Source of the DNA: Eledone cirrhosa
Taxonomy: Eukaryota
Direction: 5' to 3'
DNA: 64,000 nt
Assembly: GCA_964016885.1 (NCBI GenBank)
Contig: CAXHJY010000786.1
Location: 14,653 to 78,652, forward strand
The translations under genes were made by a program, and so were the position numbers. Within the stretch, counting starts at the first letter, position 1. Each line of letters starts with the position of its first letter. Positions 1 through 14,641 of this stretch are shown piece by piece. The notes beneath the pieces were generated by a model that was not told the DNA's origin, did no database searches, and was given only the letters and a program-made list of their open reading frames with translations.

Positions 1-362
1 ATAAAAATAAAAATAATAATATACAGGCTTTTGGGATATGTTAATATTGATCTTTTACACTGATATGATTTCAAATAGTAAATTTTTTTATATTCATATA
101 TATTGTATTTATTCTATCATAACTCGTTTCTTTATTTATTAGCTATCTGTATTTCACATATATGTATATATATATATTTATATATATATATGTGTGTGTC
201 TGTGTGTGTGTATTTATACATGTGTGTGTATGTTTATACATATATGTATGTGTGTGTGTATATATTTATATATATATATCTTTATTTGTATATGTATGTA
301 TGTGTATATATATATCTTACTTTATTTATATATATATATCTTTATTTATATATGTATATCTT

Positions 363-420
<58 letters not shown>

Positions 421-749
421 GTGTATGTATGTATAAATATGTGCGTGTGTGTGTATCTGTATGTGTAATTACAAGATGGTAGTAAGAGAGCTCATGTATT
501 TTTATTATTGTGTGTGTGTGCTTTTGTATACATCGGTTATTATTTTTTCCGAATCTGGTGACAAACTCCAGAGTTGTTTGTAAAGAAGCTACATGCAATC
601 TCCAAACTTCATTTTTTTTATTTCCATTTTGGAGCGAGAGCATTGATAACTGTAACATAATATGACTAAGCTCACACAAGTGTTAGGATAAACCGACAAG
701 TACCTTTACACACGCACAATAACACACACACACACATATACATATACGC

Positions 750-783
<34 letters not shown>

Positions 784-825
784 GTGAGAATATATGTATA
801 CAGTTATATACACATGCCCACACAC

Positions 826-861
<36 letters not shown>

Positions 862-956
862 CATGTGTGTTTATTATAATTTATAGTAGCACAGAATTAA
901 TAAATTCCGAACACCAATTTTTGTGATAGAAAGGAAAGAAATATGAAATACATGTA

Positions 957-995
<39 letters not shown>

Positions 996-1812
996 AATAT
1001 TTTTACTTATATATATATATATATATGTGCTTTTATTTTCATTAATTCATTTTTCTCTATGTACTTTCTTTAATAATGAAAGCAAAAATACAAAAATGCT
1101 GTGCATAATAATAATAATAATAATAATGGGGGGGGGGGGGGCAGAAGTAGGAGGAGAATGCTTTTATGGAAGGGGAATTGACAACAATGACGATAACGTA
1201 AATGTGGAAGACGGACAAGGTAGGGAGGCTGACATGAAAGATTCTGATTGTCATTCTGATAATGTTGATAATACAGTTAATGATGTTAATGATGATGTTG
1301 ATAATAATGGTGAATACGATAATGCTTGTGGTTATGATGGTGATGGTCATTAAAATGATGATGATGATGGAATTGTAGATGTTGGTGATAACGGAATTGT
1401 TGGTGTTGGTGATGATGATGATCATGATGATGATGATGAAATTGTTGATGATAATGAAATTGTTGATGTTGATGATGATGATGATGAAATTGTTGATGTT
1501 GATGATGATGGAATTGTTGATGGTGGTGATGATGAATTACATTCTATGTTTAATAAACACTAAATAACAGATTTTGCTCACATGAAATGCTTGGAAAGGA
1601 TATGAGATAAAATGGAAATGAAATGGATCTCAACACGAGATGTCGCTGCATGTTTCACGAAATATACCAATAAAGACATCGCCATCACCATCATCATCTC
1701 TAACAGTAACAACAACGACTGCAACAACAGCAATATCAACAAGAACGACTATAACAACAACAATACCAACAACAATATCAACAATATATATATTTATTAT
1801 TAGTTCAGATTT

Positions 1813-2036
1813 AGTGCGGTGGATTGACTGTATGGGTAGAGGGTCGTACGTCTTGCTTTGCAGCATAGAGTTACAGCCCTTTACGGCCTGATTTCAAATC
1901 TCACCGCGGTTAACTTTGCCTTTCATCCTTACGAGGTCGATAAAATAAAGTACCAGTCACGCACTGGGGTCAATTTAATCGACGTTCCCCTCCCACAAAA
2001 TTGCTGGCCTTGTGCCTATATAAGAAACCATTATTA
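1813..2036 (+). mobile_element. tRNA-derived SINE, family 1, long form
   Basis: A-box/B-box-like head, core AACTTTGCCTTTCATCCTTACGAGGTCGATAAAATAAAGTACCAG, 3' TTGCTGGCCTTGTGCC..AGAAACCATTATTA; about 20 copies in the window. Confidence 0.85.
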
Positions 2037-2281
2037 GTTCAGGTTGAGGAATGTCTTCTGAAACTTAGAAAAATCAATCTGTAGACGCAAAAGTAAATAT
2101 TGGCAAAAACCAACCGAGAGGAGAGCCAGGGGGAGACTTCGAGCAAGATGGGTTGGATAACATCCATAAGCTCAGAAGGTCTCGTTTCCATCATTTGGAA
2201 ACAGTTGCTTCTGACAGGACCCGCTGGAACGAGTGTTTGAGGACTCTGTCCACACAAGCTTCTCAGGAATAAGTGGGCGAA

Positions 2282-2283
<2 letters not shown>
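2037..2283 (+). mobile_element. RTE-type LINE 3' end relic
   Basis: Frameshifted translation KPTERRARGRLRARW/LDNIHK...LETVASDRTRWNECL..QE* resembles the RTE C-terminus (RGRP..W...A.DR..W); followed by (TA)n. Confidence 0.65.
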
Positions 2284-2333
<50 letters not shown>

Positions 2334-2356
2334 TTGTGTGTATATATTTATACGTG

Positions 2357-2388
<32 letters not shown>

Positions 2389-2614
2389 CCCACATAATGT
2401 TGCCATAAATTTATATACCTATCGGACTGTATAATTTGAAATGTGTGCATCCCAAAGCAATGATCAAAATAATTGAATAACTACCTCTGGAAGCGGAATA
2501 AAAGGAGATATCTGTGTGGTTGTGTGTGTATGATTTTGTGCATGTGTGTGGGTCCTGTGTGTATTTGTCTGCGCAGGCGTGCATGCGTATCTGTGTCTGA
2601 GTGTATATAATATA

Positions 2615-2992
2615 CTAGCAGTTTTACCCGGCGTTGCTCGGTGTTTGAAATGCAACAAAGAATAAACAAGAAACAAACGATAATATTAGTGATTTATCTT
2701 CAAATGAATCTGATGTTTATATTTCTGTCAATAAAGTTGGTTATCTCCCTTTTTTATAAGGATTGTCAATAAACTTTATCTCGCTTACATCAATTTTGCT
2801 ACCGATAATTTTGATATCGATTTTTTATTGCTCAACGTGGGTCGATTTGAAAAATGTTTGATGTGACAATCTTAGCGACCTGTGCAACGTGCACAGAAAT
2901 TTTGGTCAAATTCAGTTGGTAATTGTAAAAGCCTTAAGTATGCAAAGTTGTACACATACACACACACATCGTCGCTTTTATATACATACAGA
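2615..2992 (-). mobile_element. Non-autonomous Helitron (~378 bp)
   Basis: Minus strand begins A|TC and ends CCGAGCAACGCCGGG (hairpin)-TAAAACTG-CTAG|T: canonical Helitron termini at an AT target. Confidence 0.75.
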
Positions 2993-4199
2993 TATATATA
3001 TTTATAAACGAATTATTTAAATGACGCCTCGGATTCGTTCTTTTCTGAATTTAAGAAATTGTAGAAGGATAGAAATATCAACCATATTTAGATCTGATCA
3101 TAAATAAAAGAACATAACTAAGAAATGAGTTCATATCTTGACCTACAGATTCTGCAACTAAGCACCTTTAACATGTGAATGAATGAATATATAAATATAT
3201 AAACAAAAGAGGAATGGAGGTCAATGGATGAAGAGGTTTGTAAATAGGAATTATATGAAGGGCCGGGTAAATCAAGGTTAACATTTTTATAATTATTCAA
3301 ACATAAGAGGCATCACATCACATGCCTAAACTTGAATTGAATGTTAATGAAATATAGTTTCTTAGAAAGGAATATCGCGTGATGAGGATAATAAAAGAGA
3401 TGATCGTGGTGGTGATGATGAGGTTGATGGTGATGTGGATGATGTTGATGGGGGTGGTGGTGATGATGATGATGGTGATGGTGGGGGTGATGATGTCGAT
3501 GGAAATGATGGTGATGAGGATGTTCATGAGGAGCATGATGATGATGATAATGATTGTGGTAGTGGTGGTGAAGAGGATGATGTTGGTGGTGGTGATGGTG
3601 ATGATGATGATGACGATAATGGTGGTTGTGAGGAGGAGGTGGAAGCCAGAAAATTGTAGGAGAAAGCGATGGACATTAGTGATGGTGATGATGATGATGT
3701 AAAGTGATTGATGGTTAGAGGGGCTTGGCTGGTGCTGGTGGTGATAACAATGATCCTAATGGTAATGATGATGATGACGAAGGTGATGGAGGTGTTGATG
3801 GTGGTGATGGTTGTATTGGTGTGAAGTCGGTGATGGTGATGTTGGTGGTGGTGTTAAGGTGGTTGTGGTGTTTGTGGTGGTGTTGGTGGTGGTGCTGGTG
3901 TTTGTGGTGTTAGGGTGGTGGTGGTGCTGGTGTTAAAGGTGGTGTTGGTCTGGAGTTTGTAGTGGTGGTGGTGGTGGTGTTGGGTGGCATTGGTGGTGGT
4001 GTTGGTGGTGGTGTTGGTGTTATCGACGTTGATAGTGAAGATAAAGATGATGATTGTTAGTACAGTATTATTGAGGATGAAAATAGCAATAATGGACTTC
4101 ATGTTGTAAATTTATGATGTTTATGTGTCAAGATAATACATACGGATGCTGATAACGAATGCGTTGAGAGTCAGTAGGGTGTGATAACAAAGATGATGA

Positions 4200-4284
4200 T
4201 AATGGTTTCTGATTTAGGCACAAGGCCAACAATTGTGGGGGAGGAGAAATTCGATTATATCGACTCCAGTGCGTTACTGGTACT
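4200..4284 (-). mobile_element. SINE family 1, 3' fragment
   Basis: GGCACAAGGCCAAC..TCGACTCCAGTGCGTTACTGGTAC is the reverse complement of the family 3' half. Confidence 0.7.
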
Positions 4285-4564
4285 AATATCCAGAGTACAG
4301 ATACGGCTATTGAGAAGATGAACGCTGTCGAGCTAAGGCAAGATTATGTTAATATTCTGGATTTAAAGTTGGTTGAAAGGATTTAAAGTTGGTTGAAAGG
4401 AATAATGATGGCGTAAAACCTATGAACCTAAGATAGACAAAACAATTAAAAGAAACGACAGCTCAGTGAAACAAGTTCGTCCCATACGTTGAGGCGAAGA
4501 ATATTCAACAAAGGAACAACATCCATCAATAAAGCAGCAGCAAATGTGTATCAAAACAAGAGAA

Positions 4565-4845
4565 AACTCTATGTTGCGGAGTATGGTGTCGGGCGCTCTA
4601 CCGATAGTGCCAACCCACCGCCCTTAATAATAATGGTTTCTTATAGATGCTCAAAGCCAGCAATTTTTTGGGGAGGGGAAAGTCGATTATATCGACCCCA
4701 GTCCGTGACTAGTACTTTATTTTATCGACCCGGTAAGGATGAAAGGCAAAGTTAACCTCGGCGGGATTTGAACTCATAAAAGGCCGTAACTCTATGCTGC
4801 AAAGCATGGCGTCCGACCCTCTACCGATACTGCCAATACCTCGCT
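4565..4845 (-). mobile_element. SINE family 1: head fragment (4565-4623) plus near-full long-form copy (4626-4845)
   Basis: Reverse complement of the head/core/tail consensus. Confidence 0.8.
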
Positions 4846-6057
4846 CTCACCACCCTTAATTATAAGAATAATATCACAAACGATAATGTTTAATTTTGAT
4901 ACTATACCAGTAATTTGTTGGGAGGACAAACCCGAATAGATCGTCTGCTATTTTAGATTTTTGAACCAAGAAAGATGAAATGTAAAATAGACTTCCTGGA
5001 GATTTGAACGTAGAACATAAAGAAAAAGAAAAACTGCCACAAAGATATTTGATGTTTTAACGACTCTGACAATCCGATAGGAATCATAAACCTCATCAAA
5101 ACCAACACAACCGCCATTGTCATTATTACCATCAACTTGAAAATCTACATTTTCATCATTATCAACACCAACAAAAATGTTCTCCTTATCATCATCATCA
5201 TCATCAATACTGTAAACGTCGTGAGCATTAAAGTCATTATCATGAACGCAATCATCGTCATAATAATAATAATAATATTTATCATCATCATCATCATTAT
5301 CATCATCATCATCTTCACAATAACTACCTTGTTTAGCGTTAACTTTTACGCTAGTCACTGTCTATACGTGTAGATGCTGTCTGCGTGTGTATGTATATAT
5401 ATATATATAATGTGTGTGTATGTATGTGTGTATGTGTGTGTGTATGTGGACGCACAAATAGTCTAGTTATAGAAAGTTCTTTGTAAGCACACAGCCACAC
5501 ACACTCACACACAGCCACACACACACACACACACATGCATGTATATACACATTCAATAAAATGTATAATCGCATGTTATATAATATTAAGCACTTGCGCA
5601 TGCGCTTGGCATCATAGACGTTTGATAGGCTGATTAAATCAAATACAGAACGGTGATTTTCAATTGTTGATGCCTACAGTGAGAGAGTAAGGGAGATATG
5701 ATAAGTGTGGGGGGAGGTGAAGAATATGTAAATAGTGATAAGGTGGCGGGATACAGCTGCAGAGGGGAGTTACAGACACATTAGACACCGAAACAAATAT
5801 TGATATTGGCATGGAATCATGTATGGATGGGATCCGTTATTTGGCAGACGATCAAACTTGGTTGCCACTTCTACTATCACATAGTAGTGGCTAGGTCATT
5901 ATAAATGTAAAATAAATGATAATAAATAAAAACAAACAACAAAACGACAAATAGACATTGATATTAACGAGGACACCGATGGTGGTTGTGATGAAGATGG
6001 TGGTTGTGATGAAGATGGTGATGGTAAGAAAATCATCAACAGCAATAAATACTGCTG

Positions 6058-6246
6058 ATAATAATTGTTTCAACTTTAGGCACAAGGCCAGCAAATACTC
6101 AGTGCATTACTGGTACTTTATTTTATCGACCCCGTAAGGATGAAAGGCAAAGTCAACCTCGGTGGGATTTGAACTCAGATCGTAAGGGACGTAACTATGC
6201 ATCAAAGCATGGTGTCCGACCCTCTACCGATTCTGCCACTCCACCC
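6058..6246 (-). mobile_element. SINE family 1, short form
   Basis: GGCACAAGGCCAGCAAATACTCAGTGCATTACTGGTAC..GGATGAAAGGCAAAG..TTTGAACTC. Confidence 0.85.
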
Positions 6247-6367
6247 AAATACTACTAATAATAATTGCTTTAATTTGGAATGTATTACGTTCAACTAATA
6301 ATTCCGGTACATTCAAATTCTTAGTTTCAATGCTCTGCCTCACCAACCAATCTTTAGTATCTGATGC

Positions 6368-6590
6368 CCTTCCTTCCTTCCATAGATATAACTATCCTTC
6401 CATAGATACAGCTATCCTTCCATACAGACATCTATCCTTCCATAGATACATCTATCCTTCTGTAGATACATCTATCCTTCCATACATACATCTATCCTTC
6501 CATAGATACATCTATCCTTCCATAGATACATCTATCCTTCCATAGATCCATCTATCCTTCCATACATGCATCTATCCTTCCATACATACA
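6368..6590. repeat. 20-bp minisatellite (CCTTCCATAGATACATCTAT)n
   Basis: About 11 tandem units read directly. Confidence 0.9.
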
Positions 6591-6606
6591 TGTAATAATT
6601 GCATGT

Positions 6607-7270
6607 ACACATGTACAGATACAAAACATATACACATGCACACATATAACTCAAAATATACACATCCACGCATACAATAACATCCATACTTGCACACACA
6701 CAGACACACGCACACACACGCACACACATACACACACATACACACACATACACACACATACACACACACACAAACTCACAAACACACATGCAGACAACTA
6801 GTTGATGTTGTCTAAATTCCAATAAAAGAGTCTTGTATCTGTTAAAAGCCGACTCTTAGTCTATTGGAAACAATTTGTGAAATTATAAAACCAGAAGAAC
6901 ATACATACATCTATTCATTCATAAATACATACATATATATATTCATTTATACATACATATATCTATATTTACATAAATACATACATACATACAAAGATTT
7001 TGCATCTAATAACTGCATCAATAACACATGTACAGATAGTAAGCATATACACATGCACACATACAACTCAAAATATACACATCCACACATACAATAACAT
7101 CCATACCTACAGATGCAGACATGCAGACATACATATCTACCTTGTTGATGTTGTGTAAATTCCAATGAGAGAGTCTTGTGTCTATGTTAGAAACCGACTC
7201 TCTCTCTATTGGAAAAAAATTGTAAAATTATAAAAGCAGAAGAATATACATATATAAATACATACATACA
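6607..7270. repeat. Diverged tandem duplication (~6607-6910 vs ~7023-7270), each unit with a long hairpin
   Basis: Both units share ACACATGTACAGATA..CTCAAAATATACACATCCAC and AAATTCCAAT..GAGTC..GACTCT..ATTGGAAA. Confidence 0.8.
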
Positions 7271-9437
7271 TCTATTTATACATACATTAATGTAGGTAGA
7301 AATTCGCATACATGAACGATTTTATTTCGTATAATTTTTATGTTCGTATAACTTATAATTCGAGGGAATTCTATGAATTATGTGACATTATATATACATT
7401 GACATTAATCCACTTTCAACACATATTGATATTTCACTCTGAGGTAAAAGAAAAGCGAAATTATTGTAATACATAATTTTCTTCTTCTCTGCAAGAATAT
7501 ATATTTGCCTTAACTAATTGCTACAACTACAATACAAGATTGGTTTGTGTTTACTTAATTTAAATATGTCACTTGATATCTCGGTTGGAAACATTAATCT
7601 TAAATGCAATTATATATTTATATCAGATTTTAATATATTAAACTTAATATTTTGAATGAGAAGTTAGAAATATATAATGAACACAATTTTATATTAATTC
7701 CTTGGGGATTGTAATTGTTTGCGAACGGCAATATAATAACAGAATAATTATAATCATATACTACACAATTAGATGTATGGATATAGATTCTATGAACTAG
7801 TGTGTGTAAGCAGAGAATGATGAATGGGTGAGATAAATGAGAAATGGAGAAAATGTGGAGGGAATGGACGTGGTAGTGAGGAAACGTTACTAATGAGGAA
7901 TAGAGACAAGTAACAACTTGTAACAGAGTTAACTCTGTCCTCTCAAACTGATAAAACAGAAATATCAGATTACATCTCACATAGACACTGATATAATAAT
8001 TTAAGCAGTTTAACTTACTTTTAAACTGATCAAGTATTTTTATGTTAATGTCATCCTTTAGAACGTACTGGGATAGAACGTACTTGTATATCGTATTAAG
8101 CGACGAGCTTTCAGTTGATAGATAAAGCGAAATCAGACGTCAGATAAAAACCCAGAAAGATATGCCTGACGTTCTCACTGCATTGTGATGGCTGACTTGA
8201 TCACAGCTTCAAATATTCATTGTGACAATTTTCTATAATTATTATACATAAACATATCGTACGTGCGTTCATATACACCACAATGGAATTCTTGAACATG
8301 TAAGGTTTATATCAATTTGTATGTAATATATTCTGGGGAGTTATTTTAAAGGGAATCGAATATTTTTGTTAGTCTAACGAAACTGTCGTGAATCAATTAA
8401 ATGCTTTAATTAAAATACTTTTTAATCTTTGTTCTTTATACACACACACATATATATCAGAGGTATAAAATTTAGAGTTAAGTATTAAAGGTTACGTTGG
8501 TTTAGTGTTAACGCAGTCGTTTGTCATCCAGCAGACGACAATATCCGATTGTTTACGTCTCTAGAGGTTTCTTTACTCAACTTGTTCCATTGTTTAGAAA
8601 TCAAACCTGCGTTGTAGCAGCTTACACTATGATAGCAGGCTGTCAAAACATATATAGATGATATTCAAAGCAAAAGCATTGAATATCATAAAATTTCGAA
8701 AGAAATATAAAATGTTAAATTAAATACGATTATGACATCGGATCATGTTAGATATCTCTCTTCTGTTTACTCCAAAACTTTAACTGATCTCATCCAGATA
8801 TAATATCAACAATAGACATCCAACAGTAGCTAGTTCATTTTCATTGTACAATTTGCAGGCCTTGTGTAACTTCAATCCTTTTTTCCTTCCCGTTTTTGTA
8901 ACAGCAATTTGTGAATTGCGGTAATTTTGGGCTGCTGCAGATAAAACGATTGTCTGCAGCCTTTGTTGGTTAAATATTTTAATGCACCAAGTGAATTACA
9001 TGATATTTTTAATGAAGGCTATATTACTTTTACAGTTGAATTCTCTCGTCATTTTCAACAGATATGAATTCCAGACGAAGAAATTCAGAATTATTTTTAT
9101 ATCATTCAATAGACTATATCATAAAGGTAAATAGCGAAATACTTCAAGTTGCGTGCGATATCGTATATATTGTCTTGTGAGACATCTGGTCTGTGACATA
9201 TCTTTCACAACAAAAGCACCAATGAGTTTAGGCAACCCATTAAGACCACACAGATAACACGTATACACATGGACATATATATATATATATGGATATATAT
9301 ATATATATATATATATTAGAGAGAGAGAGAGAAACATAAACCCACACACTTATGTACATATATTCTTCTATACACAAACATACACGCACGCTAACATAAT
9401 TATATACACACACACACACCCACACACACACATATGC

Positions 9438-9502
<65 letters not shown>

Positions 9503-10460
9503 TATGTGTTTAGTGTGAGATCATAAACAACCTATTGCAAAAAAATGGTTGACACTCACTTCGAATTCCCTATCGATGTTCTGTTTCAGATCGAAATTAA
9601 ACATTTGTTTATACGTACAATGTATGTATGCATATATATATATATATATATATACACTGATACATACGCATACTTATGCCTAACTACCCATGCAGGCACA
9701 CAACCGCATATTTGCATTTCATGTCATGCAATAAAAACATGAAAACCTAAATATAGAACGAACACCACCACCACCACCACTACTACTACTACCACCACTA
9801 CTACTACCACTACCACCACAACTGCTACTACTACTACTACTATTAGTACTACTATTATTCATAATAATAATAATAACTATGGAAACAATAACAATTAGAA
9901 GGAAAAGATGAAGAAAAAGACGACAAAAAAAAGAAAAAGATGAATTAAGATGAAGACGAAGGAAAAGATGTAGTAGAACAAGAACGACAGCAGACATAAT
10001 AATAATGATAATGATAACGATAATGATGATAATAATAATAATAAAATTGCCCACTACAACAACACTTCATCTATCTGCTAGGTACTTAAACTGGCACGAA
10101 ACCCTAAATGATTGAATCCTGCTGTTGGTCTGCCAATAATCTCCTCATCTAAGGGAAATCTAGACAAAAACAAAAGACCAGGTGAGAAAATTACAGCTGC
10201 CGGCCCGTTGGCAAAGCATATTAATGCGTGCAATATTCACCATGATGACAAATTATCAGGCACCAACAAACGATAATGGTGTGGATATTTTCATGAGCAA
10301 AACTTATTCCATTTTGTAATATAATGTAATATAAAAGGAAAGCAATATAGAAAAGAAAAGCGGTGGGAGTTTGCAGATGAGTTATAAAGGGTATGTTGGC
10401 ATTAGTGAGTGTTTATATGGGAATTTGTTGTATATATATATATATATATATATACATGTG

Positions 10461-10499
<39 letters not shown>

Positions 10500-10502
10500 G
10501 TG

Positions 10503-10534
<32 letters not shown>

Positions 10535-10722
10535 CGTGTATGTATGTATGTATATATATATATATATATATACGTGTATGTATGTATGTGTATATATATA
10601 TATATATATATACGTGTATGTATATATATATATATATATATACGTGTATGTATGTATGTATATATATATATATACGTGTATGTATGTATATATATATGTA
10701 TATATATATATATACGTGTATG

Positions 10723-10757
<35 letters not shown>

Positions 10758-12699
10758 GTGTATGTATGTATGTATGTATATATATATATACGTGTATGTA
10801 TGTATGTATATATATATATACGTGTATGTATGTATATATGTATGTATATAATATATATATAATGTGTGTGAGGGAAAATTTCAATCTAAATCCATCTTAT
10901 GGAGAATCCCCAATCCCCTTTTTGTAACAATCCAATCTAGAGCACATTTATCACTTCTTAGTTGCACACAAACCACACTTCCACTTATCTTCCCATACTC
11001 TGATCATTAAGCTTGTATTTGTAGTCCTTCACTGTTGCCTATTCTCTCCCACTTAAATGTATGCTGTATGTACAGATGTAGACACCCCTCACATTTACAG
11101 TTATCTCCCTTACCTGGCTAGCAGTAGCAACAACATATAGTGTCCTCTTATTAGGCTATATGGTCTCCAGAACCCCGACATTCTTCAGACGTGACTCGTA
11201 TGATTTGAGGGAGATTTGGCTTATATTTCTAGCGGATCGATCTGCCGCGTAAATGAGTCATCTTTTCATTCGATTGTACACCTATGTGTTTTGGTCTCGC
11301 ACCAAAATTGAGCCTTAATCATGCAGACCTATGATAGGAGTTGACCAGTCCACCATTTAGAGATAATAAGGTTTACACTGTCACATTTTTCCACACCTTC
11401 CTTAAAACCATAGGGTCTGAATTGAGGGAAGTTACTTGGATTTCTTGAATATCACACACACATGACACAACACGCACGTACACACACAAACACACACACG
11501 CACACACGCACACACGCACACACGCACACACGCACACACGCACACACGCACACACGCACACACGCACACACCACGACACACACCACGACACACACGCACA
11601 CACCACGACACACACGCACACACCACGACACACACACACACACATAGACACAGAGGAGGAGAAGGAAGGTGGAATGATGGTGATGGTTTATGGTGGTGGT
11701 GATGATGATGATGATGATGATGGCGGTGGTGGTGGTGAGGATGATGGTGATGGTGGTGATGATCACAATGATTGTGAGTATATTGAAGAGGACGATATGA
11801 ACTTAACACTGATAGTGATCAACATACTCGTATTGATAGTGACAATGATAGAGATGGGAACTATGATGAAAATGATGTTGCTCTTTTTGATGATGATGAT
11901 GATGATGATGATAAGACGGAGGAGGATAATGGTGAAAATACAAAGGATTAGGAAGAGTAACATATGACCTTACTTAAGCCGTTTCTGTATTCATTCCAAC
12001 TACTATAGAAGCAACATGAAACAAACGCTTTTAGAGAGTTGTGAAGCTGAGATATTTACACATCAAATATACCTACAACCTATTGTCATATATTTTTTAT
12101 ACCATCATCTACAACACCATCCACTTCATCCTCATCCCTCCCCTCTGTTAAACGTAATCACCATCCTCATTTTTTATTAATATTGTTTGTTTTTGTTGTT
12201 GTATGTGTTGTTGTTATTTAGTGTTCCCCTCATTGAAACCATCAAAGCAAACGAAACATGAACAGTACATATATATATAGTACAATGAAGCGGAACATAA
12301 TTTTATATTCACTGCGAAATAAATATAATGGTGAGTAAAGTGAGAGACGATAACGTGAAGAGAAAATATCTATGGCATATATATAGGAAAGAAGAAAAAA
12401 TGTCGAAAATGAATAAATGGAAATTGAAAACGAGAAAGAAAGGAAGAAAGGAATCGATACAGCCAAGGGTATATAGAAATATAGAAATGGAAAGAGAAAA
12501 GAAATTGTTGAATACAGAGAGAAAATGTTAACATTATTGTTGATTTTTGTTAGTGTTGCTGTTAGCATTCTACTTTGTGTAACTTATATTTCTATATTAT
12601 ATTCTACTTACTCGCATTATTTATATCATTACTGTTATGATCGCTTTGGTCGTAGGGGACATTCGTTAGAGCGTTAGACAAACTTCCTCGCAAGTTACA

Positions 12700-12891
12700 G
12701 GGCCATGGATTGGCAATATCGGTAGATAGTAAGACTCCATGCTTTGCAGCATAGAGTTACGCCCCTTTCTGCTCTGAGTTCAAATACCGCCGAGGTAAAC
12801 TTTGCCTTTCATCCTTACGGGGTCGATAAAATAAAGTACCAGTAATGTACTGAGTATTTGCTGGCCTTGTGCCAAAAGTAGAAACAATTAT
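12700..12891 (+). mobile_element. SINE family 1, short form
   Basis: Head TGGCAATATCGG, B box GAGTTCAAATACC, core and tail. Confidence 0.85.
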
Positions 12892-14426
12892 GTAGTTACA
12901 GCACTTTAGGTTCAGTGTTCAAATAGAACTGGAGTAGATTTGTTCACCATCGTGGGCCGATAACATAAAGTACTAAAGTGTCGAGCTTAGAAATAATTGC
13001 TCAAGATTTGAGACTTATTTTGATTCGTACTAAAAATGAAATAATTGGTCAATTATTCTCCACGTTTAGTAATTGCTGAAAAACTCAAAGATGGAACATT
13101 TTGTGAGATTTTTCTCTCATTTATATAAACACATAAAATAAAGATTTATTTGTGAAACAAAAACATGACATAATCATACAAAAGTATGCATAAATCATAA
13201 CCATTCCTAAAAGAATTATTTTAAGAATAAATTCTTGATTACATCAAATGGCTAAATTATGACATTATTATATCAGAATTATCAAGTATATATCTGTAAG
13301 TGCCATTAGATATTTATCAGATTATTAAGTCGCATTTTAAACATTTTGTTGCAGTTTGCTGACAGTGATTCGCTTTAGGCAGATTAATAAAGCCACAGTT
13401 TTATTAATGAAAACAGGAGGGAAGAACATTAAGATGGCAACATATGGTGTAATTCTTTATGACTTTTTAGCTTCAAGTAATTAGTAAATTACTTAACAAA
13501 ATTGAAACATTTCTGAAAGTAATAGGAATTAATCGATAATTGATATCTATCGAATTAAGTACAATTTAAAATGTCGGAGCACTGGGCCATTGTTTGTTCA
13601 TCAATGACGTCAATTTCTATACGTGAAACCTACTGTGTTGCAAAGTAATAGTTCTTTATATGTTCGGGACAGTAAAATATTAAACGAAACAAAATGTTCA
13701 AGACTTATATTCTTATATCATTGACAATAGCTTTCAGGTAGAACTGCAAGAAACATCATTGAAATTAAAAATATTTTTAGACACCCCTGACAACGTGTGG
13801 GAAGGAGTGAAAAATGTTAAGTCAAATTGAGAAAATCAAATAAATTTTAATATTATGATTCAAAATTATGAATGAAATAAAATAAAAGAGATGAATTTCA
13901 AACAGATGAGACATATTTAGGATTGCTATCGATGTTGGTGAACAGTATCGCAATAACTACTACTTACTGGATGCATCTAATCCAGAAAGCACGTGGCTAG
14001 TTTACGTGAGATTTCATTTCATACCGAAATGACGCATGAAATCCCGGGCAGAAAATTTCAAACCAAATTAACAATTTTAGTTATATTTTGATAAATTTTG
14101 CATGTTATTAAATAATCATCAAATATAAAATTAAAATAAGGTATCTTAAAATATTTTAATTGTATTCGTCGTCCATGACAGCAAACTGTATGTTCCAACT
14201 GGACTTGTTGCTCCTAGCAATGGCTTAGTAATGATATACTCATTGATTAATTAATGTTACACGGAAATCCCCGTATTAGGTGCTGCGCACAAAAGAATTT
14301 TACTGAATTAAAGGATATGTTATTGTTTGAAAATTTCAACTAGAATAATTGTATTTTAAAGTAAAATTTGATATTCAGATTAAAGGAAGATAGAAGATTT
14401 AATACGACAAAACCGAACTAATCAGA

Positions 14427-14641
14427 TAATTGTTTCTGATGTAGGCACAAGGCGAACAATTTTGGTGTAAGGGAAAGTCGATTAAATCGACCGTAGTGTG
14501 TTACTGGTTCTTTATTTTATCGACCTCAGGATGATGAAAGGCAAAGCTATCCTCGGCGGGATTTGAGCTCAGAACGTAAAAGGATGGAGCTCTATACCAT
14601 GAAACATGTCCGCCGCTCTACCCATTACTGCCAATCCACCA
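14427..14641 (-). mobile_element. SINE family 1, long form
   Basis: Reverse complement of the consensus. Confidence 0.8.

Noticed and set aside
3379-4070. Asp/Gly/Met/Val-rich ORFs (also 1027-1567, 36425-36964)
   Set aside because: GAT/GGT/GTA trinucleotide low-complexity tracts without splice or homology support
4290-4562. Possible LINE linker remnant with a 20-bp tandem duplication
   Set aside because: Peptide similarity too weak to call
9062-9126. AG..GT-bounded mini-exon candidates (also 15230, 17684, 21174, 31370-31387 minus)
   Set aside because: Expected by chance in AT-rich DNA; no recognisable protein or consistent exon chain
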